A stretch of 60,032 nucleotides of DNA, counting the filler. It is 6 parts of 6 records of this genome, joined end to end, with 100 filler letters (N's around TTAATTAATTAA, not from the genome) between each part and the next. Parts side by side here need not be neighbours in the genome. Positions count along the whole stretch, not along the records: positions 29,626 to 47,351 come from SRR31156797_8363; 5 more parts are not named here. One strand, written 5' to 3'. Made by a program: the position numbers and the translations under genes. This document shows positions 29,526 through 40,236 of this stretch, in pieces; position 1 is the stretch's first letter, and the number at the start of each line of letters is the position of its first letter. The notes under the pieces were generated by a model. That model had not been told where the DNA came from. It saw only the letters and a program-made list of their open reading frames with translations, and made no database searches.

Positions 29526-29625
29526 NNNNNNNNNNNNNNNNNNNNNNNNNNNNNNNNNNNNNNNNNNNNTTAATTAATTAANNNNNNNNNNNNNNNNNNN
29601 NNNNNNNNNNNNNNNNNNNNNNNNN
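29526..29625. other. Artificial contig linker
   Basis: N44-TTAATTAATTAA-N44. Confidence 0.99.
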
Positions 29626-30606
29626 TTCTCCAAAAATTTCTTCCAGAATATCTTCCATGGTTACAATTCCCGATGTTCCTCCAAACTCATCTACGACTAA
29701 AGCAATGCTTCTGTGTTCCTGTGTAAAAACTTCAAGCAGCTTATTGGCAATCATAGTTTCTGGAACAATGGATAAAGGATTGATGGCATTTTTAAGTTGT
29801 TTAGGTTTTTTAAACAACTCAGAAACGTGAACATATCCAATTATGTTATCGATAGAGTTTTTATATACTAATATCTTAGAATATCCGGTTTCAATAAATT
29901 TTTGCTTTAGAGCATCTAAACCTTCGTTTATTTCTATGGCAACAATTTCGGTGCGGGGTATAGTACATTCACGGACTTTAATTTTAGAAAAATCCAATGC
30001 GTTTTTTAAAAGCTTAACTTCTTTAGCAACATCATCGTCATTCTCTAATTTTTCGTGGTGTTGCGTTATCAGGTTATCCAAATCAATTCTTCCTAGCACC
30101 ATGCTGTTGTTTTTGCCTGGAGCCGGAGTTTTTAGAATCTTTAGCAATAAAATATCGCTGAGCAAAACAGTTAATTTTGATATCGGATAAAAAATAATGT
30201 AAAAGAAAAGCAAAGGAACAGAGGCCGTATTTAGTATTAAAATAGGATTAATTCGAAACAGTATTTTAGGTAAAAACTCAGCTGTAATTAAAATGACAAT
30301 TGTAGAAATAGCAGTTTGAGTTATAAGAACGCTTGTTGCTGAGGATAAATATATTCTAATATAAGGTTCAAGTAACTGTCCGGTTTGAAGTCCATATACA
30401 ACCAAAGCAATGTTGTTTCCAACCAAAAGCGTGGAGATGAAAAGGCCAGGTCTGTTTATAAAGATGTCAATAATTTTACTGAGCATTGGAAACTTCTTCT
30501 TGTTCAGCTCAATTAAAAGCTTATTAGAAGAAATAAAGGCCATTTCGCAACCAGAAAAGAAGGCTGAAAATAGAAGTGTAATTATAATGATGGTTACGTG
30601 ATCCAT
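29626..30606 (-). CDS. CNNM/CBS-domain HlyC-CorC (TlyC) family protein (3'-truncated)
   Basis: SAFFSGCEMA, LVGNN, AEFLPK, VVDEFGGTSGIVTMEDILEEIFGE. Confidence 0.92.
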
Positions 30607-30679
30607 TTATACGATTAGTTCTGAATATGTAGCGAAAAATAATAATAAACAAGATAAATGAAAATACTTTAGGTACAGA

Positions 30680-31267
30680 TTATTCTTCTTCATCGATACC
30701 AATTGTGCCACTCATTTTTTTTAAGCGATACTGTTTCATGTTTTCGGTGGCAGTTAAACCATAACCCGTTATTATTTCATCAGTAGTGGTTATTTTAACG
30801 AACTTTTCTGTATAAATATTTTTATTTCTTTGATCCCAGAAGAGTTGTTCTGTATTAAATATTACACCATCTTCATTAACTGCTTCAACATTAAAACGTA
30901 AGTCCCAAAGTTGTTTATTGTCGTAAAAAATGGCGTAGTTACATTTTATTTTTGAATCCATCACATTGATAGAATCAAATGTAATAATTTGTCCTCCCTT
31001 GGGGTATTCCTTATAAGGGTCTTCTGCTTTATCAAAGTTAAGAAGCAGTGGTGTAGTAATATGGTATTTGATGATACCGGAGTCCGTGATAAATGTCTCA
31101 AAGTCTTCAATTTCGAGAGAGGGTGTGTTTTGGTTAGCTTCCAGAGCTTTAATTTCTTCTGGTTTATTAGAAGTACAGCTCGCATGAAAAAATAAAACTG
31201 CAAGTAGCAAAGTACTTGCAGTTTTAAATGATATATGAATAATATTTTTAAAATATTCAGATTTCAT
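30680..31267 (-). CDS. lptC: LPS export ABC transporter periplasmic protein LptC
   Basis: TDSG, TEQLFWDQ...IYTEKFV.I, ITGYG; typical Bacteroidota neighbourhood. Confidence 0.85.
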   Translation of the reverse strand: MKSEYFKNIIHISFKTASTLLLAVLFFHASCTSNKPEEIKALEANQNTPSLEIEDFETFITDSGIIKYHITTPLLLNFDKAEDPYKEYPKGGQIITFDSINVMDSKIKCNYAIFYDNKQLWDLRFNVEAVNEDGVIFNTEQLFWDQRNKNIYTEKFVKITTTDEIITGYGLTATENMKQYRLKKMSGTIGIDEEE

Positions 31268-31274
31268 AAATAGA

Positions 31275-32639
31275 TTATTTAGCTCTTACAGTAGTTGTAA
31301 CGCCAATCCATCCGCCAACAGCATAAGAGTCTCCAACTTTATGTCCTTCGAAGAAAATTTCTTCTGTGCCAGGAAAGTGTTGAGAATAAATACCTATTAG
31401 CTCATTTGCTTTATCAGCTACGGTAGGATCAATTTTTTTTGCTTTGATAAATTGATCAACAGCTGCCCAATATGCAGTTTTGTGCTCAAATTCCTTAGTT
31501 CCAAAATTCGGAGCAGACGTTGCATAAAGGTTTCCAACCAAAATATAAGGATCTCCCCAATTTGATTTTAATTCAATAGCTTTTTGAGCATTGGTTTTAG
31601 CTTCTGCCAACTTACCCTGATTAAACTTAATTAAGCCTAACTGATAATAGAAAGTACCTTTTTGATCTGCTTCTTCTTCAAGATTAATTGCTTCGTTGTA
31701 AAATTCAACAGCTCTATCAAGGTCCTGAGATTTTAAGTACATACGAGCAAGTCCGTATGCTGAAGAAGATGAAGGCTCAATAGCATGTAAACTCTCAGAA
31801 ACATCATAAAGTAACTGGGCATCTTCGCAGTTAGCTCTGGCTAATAGTTTGTTAACTAACTTTAACCAATCCAGGTTTTCTTTATTTTCAGCTAATTTAG
31901 GACCAAAAATCTTTTCAATTGTTTCGCAGTCAGCAGCGCCACTTGTAGCAAAAAGTTTTTCAACGTTATCTTTAACGCTAGTTAAAACTTTAATAGTTTT
32001 CTCGCTTTTACTACCTTTAATTTGTGCACTTAAAATGTCCGTAACTTTAACGTAGTTGTTAACTACAGACTCAGCATCAGATTGGCCTGCTCTGTACATA
32101 GCTACGGTATTTGTCATGTACGTAGCTAATACTGCAACCTCACTTCTTGTTTTTTGTCCGGCAATTGACTTTTCAAACATATCCTGAGCTTGCTTTCTGT
32201 AATCTGCATCAGTCTTTTTGTACTTTAACATTTTAGTTGCCTTACGACCCAGAATATAGTTTTCGTTGTACTTGCGGTGAGTACCCATATACTTAATTCG
32301 TTGGTCGTATATGCCCATTAGCTGGTTGAAAAGCTCATCTTTTTTAGCCTTATCCTTTTCATTTTTAATACGCCATTCCGTTATTTTAACTCCGTCAGTA
32401 TAAACCTTAGAGCTTGAAAGTGGACATTCGTTGTAACAAATTTCCCACGATGGAATTGCATCAGCGTAGCTTTTTTGTTTAACGTACTCTGTAAATAATG
32501 ATAAGTTTTTAAGGCATCTGAGACTGTCTTCTCCATGGCCGTATTTCGACCCATCTTCAACTCCCTTTTGCGCAAATGCTTGTGCACCAAGAAGGGTTAT
32601 CATTCCCGTAATTAATAATTTTGTAAAAATCCTTGACAT
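31275..32639 (-). CDS. Exported TPR protein
   Basis: Signal peptide, CLKNLSLF, TPR repeats, AYWAAVD, VGGWI..TT.VR. Confidence 0.85.
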   Translation of the reverse strand: MSRIFTKLLITGMITLLGAQAFAQKGVEDGSKYGHGEDSLRCLKNLSLFTEYVKQKSYADAIPSWEICYNECPLSSSKVYTDGVKITEWRIKNEKDKAKKDELFNQLMGIYDQRIKYMGTHRKYNENYILGRKATKMLKYKKTDADYRKQAQDMFEKSIAGQKTRSEVAVLATYMTNTVAMYRAGQSDAESVVNNYVKVTDILSAQIKGSKSEKTIKVLTSVKDNVEKLFATSGAADCETIEKIFGPKLAENKENLDWLKLVNKLLARANCEDAQLLYDVSESLHAIEPSSSSAYGLARMYLKSQDLDRAVEFYNEAINLEEEADQKGTFYYQLGLIKFNQGKLAEAKTNAQKAIELKSNWGDPYILVGNLYATSAPNFGTKEFEHKTAYWAAVDQFIKAKKIDPTVADKANELIGIYSQHFPGTEEIFFEGHKVGDSYAVGGWIGVTTTVRAK

Positions 32640-32663
32640 GGTGTTATAGGTTTTAAATAATTG

Positions 32664-33959
32664 TTATTCAAATTTTCGTTTGTAGAACCACAACTCGTGA
32701 ATGCTAAAGTTGGCCGTAATTCTACCATATGTTTGTTTATTAAAATCATTCCCGCTTGAGCCTTTTTGGCCAAATTCAGCAGATAAGTTTATGGAGGTTT
32801 TGGATCTTTTCAGTGGTAGTCCTAATCCAAAAGTTATGCCATAGTTATATAAGTCTTCGTTATTAATGCTAATATTCTCGTTACGATAGTAGGCTCCGGC
32901 TCTGTATTTAACTCTGGCTAAGTAACTTTTTGCAGATCTGTTGTTAGGTATAAATTCTGCACCAGCAGAAAAACTAGAGATATTATTTAATGTGTATGAT
33001 TTATCAAAGTTATTTGTTTCCGCCCATGGTTCGTATATATAATCTAGGCCAACTTTTAACTTGTTTTCAACATTATATGATATACCTAAACCTAATTTAG
33101 AAGAAAGTTCCAAATCGTTACCATCGAATTCGCCCTTGTAATGTTTAAGTGTATCAACGCTTGATGAAGATGAAAAAAGATTATTGTTATCACCAAAAGA
33201 ACTGCCTCTGGCAAATAAATAAGTAGAATCGCCTTTTAAAGCCAATTTTGGACGAAAGGTCATACCAATAATTATCGATCTTTCTTCATCCAATTGATAT
33301 TGGTATTGAGCTCCAAAATCATATAAAACATTAGTTACGCTCAATTCTCTGTAAATACCATGTTTTAATGCAGAAGCATCGTCAAATGATGATTTTGAAA
33401 TATTTCTAATGTTTCCAAACAGATAAGAAATGTTAGCCCCAAGAGATAGGTTTTTAGCAGGAGAAACTGCCAAACCAAGGTATAATTGTGTTAAATTACC
33501 TGTTCCTAATAATTCAGAAGATGCACCAACTGAGTTATCTATGTGAGAAAACTTATATCCTGAACTATAGAGCGGTTTAAAGCCAAAAGAAGCTGATACT
33601 TCCGGAACAACTGAAAATCCTAGTGAAATGTAGTCAAATACCATATCACTATTCTGGATTTCACCTTCACTTGTAGATTGATTTTGCCAATAATAAGACA
33701 TTCCTCCATCAAAGTAAAAAGATAACGAATCCATTGCTGTCAATGAAGCTATATTGTGATTGTTAATGCCATATGATGAGCGCATTCCAATTCCCGTATA
33801 TCCCATAGCGGCTGAGCCGGAATATCCAATATGTTGTTGTTCGCCAAGTCCGAATCGGGAAAGCGTAGAGTAGGTTCTCTGCTGGGCGTTTAGATTAAGG
33901 AAAGAGCTGACGGTTAAAAGTGTTAGCACAGCAAGTGCTAATTTATTTATTTTTAGCAT
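32664..33959 (-). CDS. Outer-membrane beta-barrel protein (FadL/PorV-like)
   Basis: SRFGLG, alternating beta strands, YRAG.Y, ITFGLGLP, C-terminal WFYKRKFE. Confidence 0.75.
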   Translation of the reverse strand: MLKINKLALAVLTLLTVSSFLNLNAQQRTYSTLSRFGLGEQQHIGYSGSAAMGYTGIGMRSSYGINNHNIASLTAMDSLSFYFDGGMSYYWQNQSTSEGEIQNSDMVFDYISLGFSVVPEVSASFGFKPLYSSGYKFSHIDNSVGASSELLGTGNLTQLYLGLAVSPAKNLSLGANISYLFGNIRNISKSSFDDASALKHGIYRELSVTNVLYDFGAQYQYQLDEERSIIIGMTFRPKLALKGDSTYLFARGSSFGDNNNLFSSSSSVDTLKHYKGEFDGNDLELSSKLGLGISYNVENKLKVGLDYIYEPWAETNNFDKSYTLNNISSFSAGAEFIPNNRSAKSYLARVKYRAGAYYRNENISINNEDLYNYGITFGLGLPLKRSKTSINLSAEFGQKGSSGNDFNKQTYGRITANFSIHELWFYKRKFE

Positions 33960-34686
33960 TATATTCTAGTATTGTATTTAAACCGGTTAGTACCAAATTA
34001 AGATCTACAAAGATGGGATTTTTTAGATTTTTGGCAAAAAAATATGCATCTCCTCCTGTTAAAATGGCTTTGGTATTGTTATTCAGTTGTTTGTAGTGGT
34101 TTATGTAGGCATCTATTTCGAAAAAAATACCATTTTGCACGCCAGAACAAATCGCTTCTTGTGTGGTTAGCCCCATAAATGGAGAATCATTCATGGCTTT
34201 TAAAAGCGGAAGTTTTTGTGTGTTTTGATGTAAAGCATTAAAGCGGGTTTGTAATCCAGGTGAAATATTTCCGCCCTGAAAAATATTGTTTTCATCAAGA
34301 TAATCAATTGTAATTGCTGTTCCTGCATCTATAATTAATTTAGGAATCCCTTTGTCAGGAGAATAAGCTCCGACCAATGCTGCGACTCTATCTTTGCCCA
34401 AGGTATGCGGTGTTTTATAGTTGTTCCTGATAGGGAGTTTAGAATTAGTATCAAGAATATAAATGAGCACAGAGCTGTCTATTTTAAGGAGTTTTTTCAC
34501 CTCGGTAATACTTTCGAAATGATGCTGAACAGATGAAATAATAACTTGATCAATAGAAAACCGACCGAAAATATCAGAAATAAACTTTTGGTCAAGGTTT
34601 TTGCAGGAATCAGTATGTGTAAGCTTCCCCTTATCAAAAACACCAAATTTGGTAAATGTATTTCCCTGATCTATGACTAAATTCAC
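33943..34686 (-). CDS. coaX: Type III pantothenate kinase
   Basis: IDQGNT, LGKDR, IDAGTA, GGNISPG, TGGD. Confidence 0.95.
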   Translation of the reverse strand: MNLVIDQGNTFTKFGVFDKGKLTHTDSCKNLDQKFISDIFGRFSIDQVIISSVQHHFESITEVKKLLKIDSSVLIYILDTNSKLPIRNNYKTPHTLGKDRVAALVGAYSPDKGIPKLIIDAGTAITIDYLDENNIFQGGNISPGLQTRFNALHQNTQKLPLLKAMNDSPFMGLTTQEAICSGVQNGIFFEIDAYINHYKQLNNNTKAILTGGDAYFFAKNLKNPIFVDLNLVLTGLNTILEYNAKNK

Positions 34687-34831
34687 AAATTAATTGATTT
34701 TTATTCTGGACAGCCTCGCTAAATTATTTGTTATAGACGCCCAGAGGCTTTATTGGTATAAATGATTATTTAAACCGCTAAATTAGTAATTTTAGTGGGT
34801 ATGGTAAAAAACTAAATCTTAATAATATAAT

Positions 34832-35908
34832 ATGCGAAAAGTATTCATCGTAGAAGATGATCGTTTTATTACCGCAATCTTCACCATGTTTTTGCGGGAC
34901 TTAGGACATGAGTTTGTAGGAAAAACCAGCTCTGGAAAAGAGGCCATTGAAATGTGCAAAGAATTAAAGCCTGATGTCGTTTTAATGGATATTCATTTGG
35001 ATGGAGATCTGGATGGAATACAAACAGCAGAAATGTTAAAAAGAGAACTTGAAGTACCAATTATCTACATTTCGAGTGATACATCTTCTCCTGTAATCGA
35101 AAGAGCGATAGTTTCTAATTCATATGGTTATTTGGTTAAGCCAATTAATAAAAAGGAATTAGGGATAAGTATTGATTTAGCCTATTATAAGCATAAGGTT
35201 GATCAGGAACAAAAAGAGAGAGAGCAGGGATATCGTGAATTTATTTCTGATTCGCCTATGGCAATAGTAGTGCTTAAGGATGACAAAATAATGTATTTGA
35301 ATCGGATTGCATTGGATGTTTTTAGAACACATTATATTGAAGATGTGATGGGCTTACCAATTAAAAATTTTATTTCTGAAAAAAGTTATGATGAGTTTTG
35401 TGAAGTTATCGATTCATCCATTTCTCAGGATAAAAGAATTAAGCCCTTTTTAGCTAAAATGAAAACGGTTCATGGAGAATATTATTGGGCAGAGATTACG
35501 GGTTCAAAAGTGAAATTTAATAATCATCACTCGGTACAGTTGATAATGAGAGATGTTTCAGCGAGAAAATTAAGTGAACGAAAAAATAAAGTATACGAGA
35601 AAGCGCTTTTCGATAGAAATAGAGTGTGTTTTGTAATGAATAGTAAACTTCAGGTTATTAAAACCAATGAGTTTACGAATAAATATTTAGGTGAAGTTGA
35701 TATTGTTGGGAAAGCGTTTTCTGAAATTATTACGAAAGAAAATGCCTGGTTAAATGATATAAACCAAAACTGTTGTAAATCAAATTCAGAAATGGAGGTT
35801 GACGTAATATTCAACGAAGAACAAAGTAAAACATGCAATGTACATTTGGTTTGTGAAGTAAATGGAACTGTGTCTGAAATTATAGTAAGCGAAAAGTGTA
35901 GTAACTAA
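34832..35908 (+). CDS. Response regulator with receiver and PAS domain(s)
   Basis: IVEDD, LMDIHL, YLVKP; PAS segments (SPMAIVV...YLN; YWAEITG...IMRDVSARK). Confidence 0.85.
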   Translation: MRKVFIVEDDRFITAIFTMFLRDLGHEFVGKTSSGKEAIEMCKELKPDVVLMDIHLDGDLDGIQTAEMLKRELEVPIIYISSDTSSPVIERAIVSNSYGYLVKPINKKELGISIDLAYYKHKVDQEQKEREQGYREFISDSPMAIVVLKDDKIMYLNRIALDVFRTHYIEDVMGLPIKNFISEKSYDEFCEVIDSSISQDKRIKPFLAKMKTVHGEYYWAEITGSKVKFNNHHSVQLIMRDVSARKLSERKNKVYEKALFDRNRVCFVMNSKLQVIKTNEFTNKYLGEVDIVGKAFSEIITKENAWLNDINQNCCKSNSEMEVDVIFNEEQSKTCNVHLVCEVNGTVSEIIVSEKCSN

Positions 35909-35932
35909 AACTTATAAGAAAATATATTTATT

Positions 35933-35961
35933 AGGCTGTCAATGTTTGACAGCCTTTTTTT
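35933..35961 (+). terminator. Intrinsic terminator
   Basis: aggctgtcaa-tgt-ttgacagcct plus T-tract. Confidence 0.8.
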
Positions 35962-35965
35962 ATAC

Positions 35966-38900
35966 CTATTCTTTTTCGGCATTGAAAATATGATTATGCA
36001 TATGATCAAAAATATCTTTCACAGCTGAAATACTTTTGATGACAGGAAAAACCATGCTAAGCTTGCCATTTTTCTCTTTCATCTTTACATCCTTGGACTG
36101 TTGTTGAAGATATGCTAAAATGCCTGTAAATACGGGTGATTGAAAATATGGAGACTCCTGATTGGAAACGAAGTATATGATTAGTTTGCTGTTTTTGTAA
36201 ATAATCTTTTCAATTCCTAAATCAATTGCTTTCCATCTGATTTGAACCACCTGGATCAGTTCCATACTGGTTTCAGGAATGCTACCAAAACGATCGCAAA
36301 GTTCATGTTTAAAGGCTTCGAGTTCTTCTTCGTTTTTTAAACCATCTAGTTTTCGGTAGAGTTGCATTCTTTCGGCAACATTTTCCACGTATTCCTCAGG
36401 TAAAAATAATTTGGCATCTGTTTCAATATTACAATCAGAAACAAATTTTATGTTTTTATCCTGAACTTGATTTATTTCTTCCTGATATAACTCTTTGAAT
36501 TCGGTTTCTTTAAGTTCTAAAATTGCCTCGTTTAAAATACGGTGATAGGTTTCAAAACCAATATCGGCTATAAATCCACTTTGCTCTCCACCAAGTAAAT
36601 TACCTGCACCACGTATATCTAAATCTTGCATGGATATATTGAAACCACTGCCGAGATCAGAAAATTCCTCAATGATTTTTAATCTTCTGCGTGCTTCTTG
36701 CGTCATTGAAGTTTGTGGAGGAGCCAACAGGTAACAAAACGCCTTTTTGTTAGAACGACCAACTCGTCCTCTTAATTGGTGAAGTTCGCTTAAACCAAAA
36801 TGATTCGCATTGTTAATAATAATAGTATTGGCATTAGGTATATCCAAACCTGATTCGATAATGGTGGTTGCAATTAAAACATCAAAATCGCCATTGATAA
36901 AATCGAGCATGATTTTTTCAAGAGTGGGGCCGTCCATCTGGCCATGAGCTACTACCGTTTTTACCTCAGGCAGTATGCGGTTAATCATAGCCTCGATTTC
37001 AAAAATATTTTGAACCCTGTTATGAATGAAAAACACCTGGCCATTACGTTCTATTTCATAAGAAATGGCTTCCTTGATGATTTCATCATTGATAGAATGT
37101 AATTCCGTTAAAATCGGATGGCGGTTTGGAGGAGGTGTATTTAATATAGAAAGATCGCGAGCTCCCATTAACGAAAATTGCAATGTCCTTGGAATCGGAG
37201 TGGCCGTTAAGGTTAAGGTGTCAACATTTACTTTTATTTTCTTCAGCTTTTCTTTAATACTAACGCCAAATCGTTGCTCCTCATCAATAATAAGCAAGCC
37301 CATATCCTTAAATTCAACATCTTTTCCTATAAGGCGATGAGTGCCGATAATAATATTTAACTCTCCTGTTTTTAAGCGACTAATGGCATGTTTAATTTCT
37401 TTCGGCTTTCTTAATCGGCTGATGTAGTCAATTTCGCAGGGAAAATCTTTTAAGCGTTCTTTAAAAGTATTGTAATGTTGCATGGCCAAAATGGTGGTAG
37501 GCACTAAGATGGCAACCTGTTTGTTGTCAGCTACAGCCTTAAAAGCAGCACGTATAGCAATTTCTGTTTTTCCAAAACCCACATCTCCACAGACAAGCAT
37601 ATCCATCGGCGTATCCTTTTCCATAGCTTCTTTCACCAGTCGAGTACTTTTTTCCTGATCTGGTGTATCTTCATAAATAAATGAGGCTTCTAATTCTGTT
37701 TGCAGATAGCTATCAGGAGAAAAGGCAAATCCGGGTTCCTGCTTTCTTTGTGCATATAAAGAAATTAATTCACGGGCAATATCTTTTACCTTCTTCTTGG
37801 TTTTGTCTTTTATCTTTTGCCAGGCAGCTGTTCCTAGTTTGTTGATTTTGGGAGGTGTTCCATCTTTACTTTTATATTTACTGATTCTGTGTAAAGAATG
37901 AATACTAACAAGTAACACGTCGTTGTCTCTAAAAACCAAACGAATTGCTTCCTGCTTTTTACCATTAACATCCGAAGAAACAAGACCTCCAAACCTACCA
38001 ATACCATGATCAATATGAACTACATAATCGCCAGGATTCAATCGACTTATTTCCTTTAAAGAGATAGCCTGTTTGGCAATTCTGGCTTTATCGGTACGAA
38101 GACTAAACTTATGATAACGTTCAAAAATTTGATGGTCGGTATAAAAACACAACTGCATGTCATGGTCAATAAAACCTTCGTGCAGCGTTTGCGGAATAGC
38201 TTCGTAATGAACCAAACTTTCCTTGTCTTCAAAAATGGCCTTTAAGCGTTCATGTTGCTTCGGATTTTCTGCTAGTATGTAGGTAGCGTAACCTGATTCT
38301 TCTTTTTTAATTAAATCATCTTCAAGTAAATTAAAATTCTTTTGAAATGCTGGTTGTGGCGATGTATTGAACTTTATTTCAATTGCATCTTTAAAAATGC
38401 TTTTCTTACCAAATTCAATACTTTGAAGCTTATGAAGTTGATTATGAAGAATTGTTGATTCTACAAATAAATCGATAGAAGGAATATCTTCTTCTGACTT
38501 TTGATGATGTCTGTGCTTTATTTTAGTGTAGGCTTCATTTATTTTTGAAAAAGTGAAATCAAAGTCATATGCCCAAATGGAAGTGTTTTTTGTAATAAAC
38601 TCCAATAATGATATATGTTCTTTATCGATGTTTTTAGTAAGATTTGGAATAATGGCAATTTCTTCCAGCTTGGTTTTTGATAGCTGATTTTCTAAATCAA
38701 AAGTACGAATCGAATCTACTTCATCTCCGAAAAAATCAATTCTGTAAGGATCTTCATTCGCAAATGAATAAATATCAATGATGCTTCCTCTTACCGAAAA
38801 CTGACCAGGTTCATAAACAAAATCAACGCGATTAAATTTGTATTCATTTAAAACTTCAGTTACAAATGAAATATCCAGTTGTTCACCTGTTTTTATATTT

Positions 38901-39322
38901 AGGGTTGAATCTTTTAGTAAACTATTGGATGGAACTTTCTCAAATAGAGCCAGGGGATAAGTAATAACAATTCCCATTTTTGATGCTCCAGCCAAATAAT
39001 TTAATGCTTCGGTTCGCAGAATAATATTGGATGCCTCCGTATTTCCATATTCAGGAGAGCGCTTGTAGGTAGAAGGTAAAAAATACACGTCGTCTTCACC
39101 CAAAAGTTGCATGAGATCGTTGTAAAAATAAGCTGCCTCTTCTTTATCGTTTAAGATGACTAAGTGTGCGTTTTCTGAGATAGAAGCTGCAAGCAAAATA
39201 CTTTTAAAGGAACCAATAGCCCCTGAAGCAAAAATATGAGGTGTTTTTTGTTTAACAGCCTCTTTTAATTTTAATAATATTGGATTGTTCTGGTAGTGGG
39301 ATAGCATATTTATCTGACTCAC
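35966..39322 (-). CDS. mfd: Transcription-repair coupling factor
   Basis: GDYVVHIDHGIG, CGDVGFGKTE, DEEQRFG, TATPIPRTL, QLRGRVGRS, DLDIRGAGNLLG. Confidence 0.98.
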   Translation of the reverse strand: MSQINMLSHYQNNPILLKLKEAVKQKTPHIFASGAIGSFKSILLAASISENAHLVILNDKEEAAYFYNDLMQLLGEDDVYFLPSTYKRSPEYGNTEASNIILRTEALNYLAGASKMGIVITYPLALFEKVPSNSLLKDSTLNIKTGEQLDISFVTEVLNEYKFNRVDFVYEPGQFSVRGSIIDIYSFANEDPYRIDFFGDEVDSIRTFDLENQLSKTKLEEIAIIPNLTKNIDKEHISLLEFITKNTSIWAYDFDFTFSKINEAYTKIKHRHHQKSEEDIPSIDLFVESTILHNQLHKLQSIEFGKKSIFKDAIEIKFNTSPQPAFQKNFNLLEDDLIKKEESGYATYILAENPKQHERLKAIFEDKESLVHYEAIPQTLHEGFIDHDMQLCFYTDHQIFERYHKFSLRTDKARIAKQAISLKEISRLNPGDYVVHIDHGIGRFGGLVSSDVNGKKQEAIRLVFRDNDVLLVSIHSLHRISKYKSKDGTPPKINKLGTAAWQKIKDKTKKKVKDIARELISLYAQRKQEPGFAFSPDSYLQTELEASFIYEDTPDQEKSTRLVKEAMEKDTPMDMLVCGDVGFGKTEIAIRAAFKAVADNKQVAILVPTTILAMQHYNTFKERLKDFPCEIDYISRLRKPKEIKHAISRLKTGELNIIIGTHRLIGKDVEFKDMGLLIIDEEQRFGVSIKEKLKKIKVNVDTLTLTATPIPRTLQFSLMGARDLSILNTPPPNRHPILTELHSINDEIIKEAISYEIERNGQVFFIHNRVQNIFEIEAMINRILPEVKTVVAHGQMDGPTLEKIMLDFINGDFDVLIATTIIESGLDIPNANTIIINNANHFGLSELHQLRGRVGRSNKKAFCYLLAPPQTSMTQEARRRLKIIEEFSDLGSGFNISMQDLDIRGAGNLLGGEQSGFIADIGFETYHRILNEAILELKETEFKELYQEEINQVQDKNIKFVSDCNIETDAKLFLPEEYVENVAERMQLYRKLDGLKNEEELEAFKHELCDRFGSIPETSMELIQVVQIRWKAIDLGIEKIIYKNSKLIIYFVSNQESPYFQSPVFTGILAYLQQQSKDVKMKEKNGKLSMVFPVIKSISAVKDIFDHMHNHIFNAEKE

Positions 39323-39454
39323 GCTGCAAAAATTTCAGGCAAAAATAGTCAAACTTATTGTATCTAGGGTTCTAATGAAACCTGAAATAGATAGAACTTA
39401 TATTTTTGATGTTTTAGGTGTCAGGTTCAAATAACTATATAAACTATGATAAGG

Positions 39455-40022
39455 TTATTTATTAAGTTTTACTGATAAAGGATAATATCCAGGGTTTTCA
39501 AATCCAAGAATTAAAAAAGCTGTCTCTCCCGTTTTTATAAATTGATCGATTTCAAGGTTTTTAGTTGTTGGTGTCTCATCGTTTTTACCTAATCGAAAAT
39601 ACTTTATTAGAGAATTTTCTCGTTTACGAGTTAAGGAGTCTCTTTTTGATGATTGCAAAAGTTTGATTACCTCTTTGGGTAGTTTACTTTTAAGCACATC
39701 AGGTTTAATAGGAGTTACTTTATTTTGTCCAAGATAAAAGCTTACATCGTTTAAAATTTTTAAATCATTGTTTGTATGATTCGTTATTCTGACAGCTAGT
39801 ACATTTGTTGTGTTAGTGTTATCAATGATAACGCGTTTATTTTTTTTCATTTCTAACAAGAATATCATCTTGGTAAGAGAAAGATATTCCATCATTAATA
39901 TTATGAACAATGTAGTTGACACCCTCAGGATTAACGTTGTAGTAGCTTGACTTACATTCTGGCAGAAGTATCCATGAACAGAATGAAAGTAAGATGAAAA
40001 TATTTTTACGAAACAATTTCAT
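39455..40022 (-). pseudogene. Exported hypothetical protein split by a frameshift in an A8 run
   Basis: ORF 39837..40022 (signal peptide...LVRNEKK*) joins ORF 39455..39922 (KNKRVII...) if one A is removed at 39840-39847. Confidence 0.55.
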
Positions 40023-40236
40023 TAATAGATTTTCTCCAAATCTATTGCAAGAAAGTAATAAATAAATTTCCAGTGATTTTTATTTGATTAATGAATCATG
40101 AAATATTATTAATAGCCAATATAGGATTATTGCAGCTGTTACGCATGAGAAGGTATAAACATTTAGTGTTTGAACTAAATTAATTTTGGATGAAGAGTAA
40201 GATTTTTTGCACTTATAGGAAAAATTCAATAATATT

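Noticed and set aside
34687-34831. tRNA gene upstream of coaX
   Set aside because: No cloverleaf or T-loop (GTTCGA) motif visible; I found no tRNA or rRNA genes anywhere in the window.
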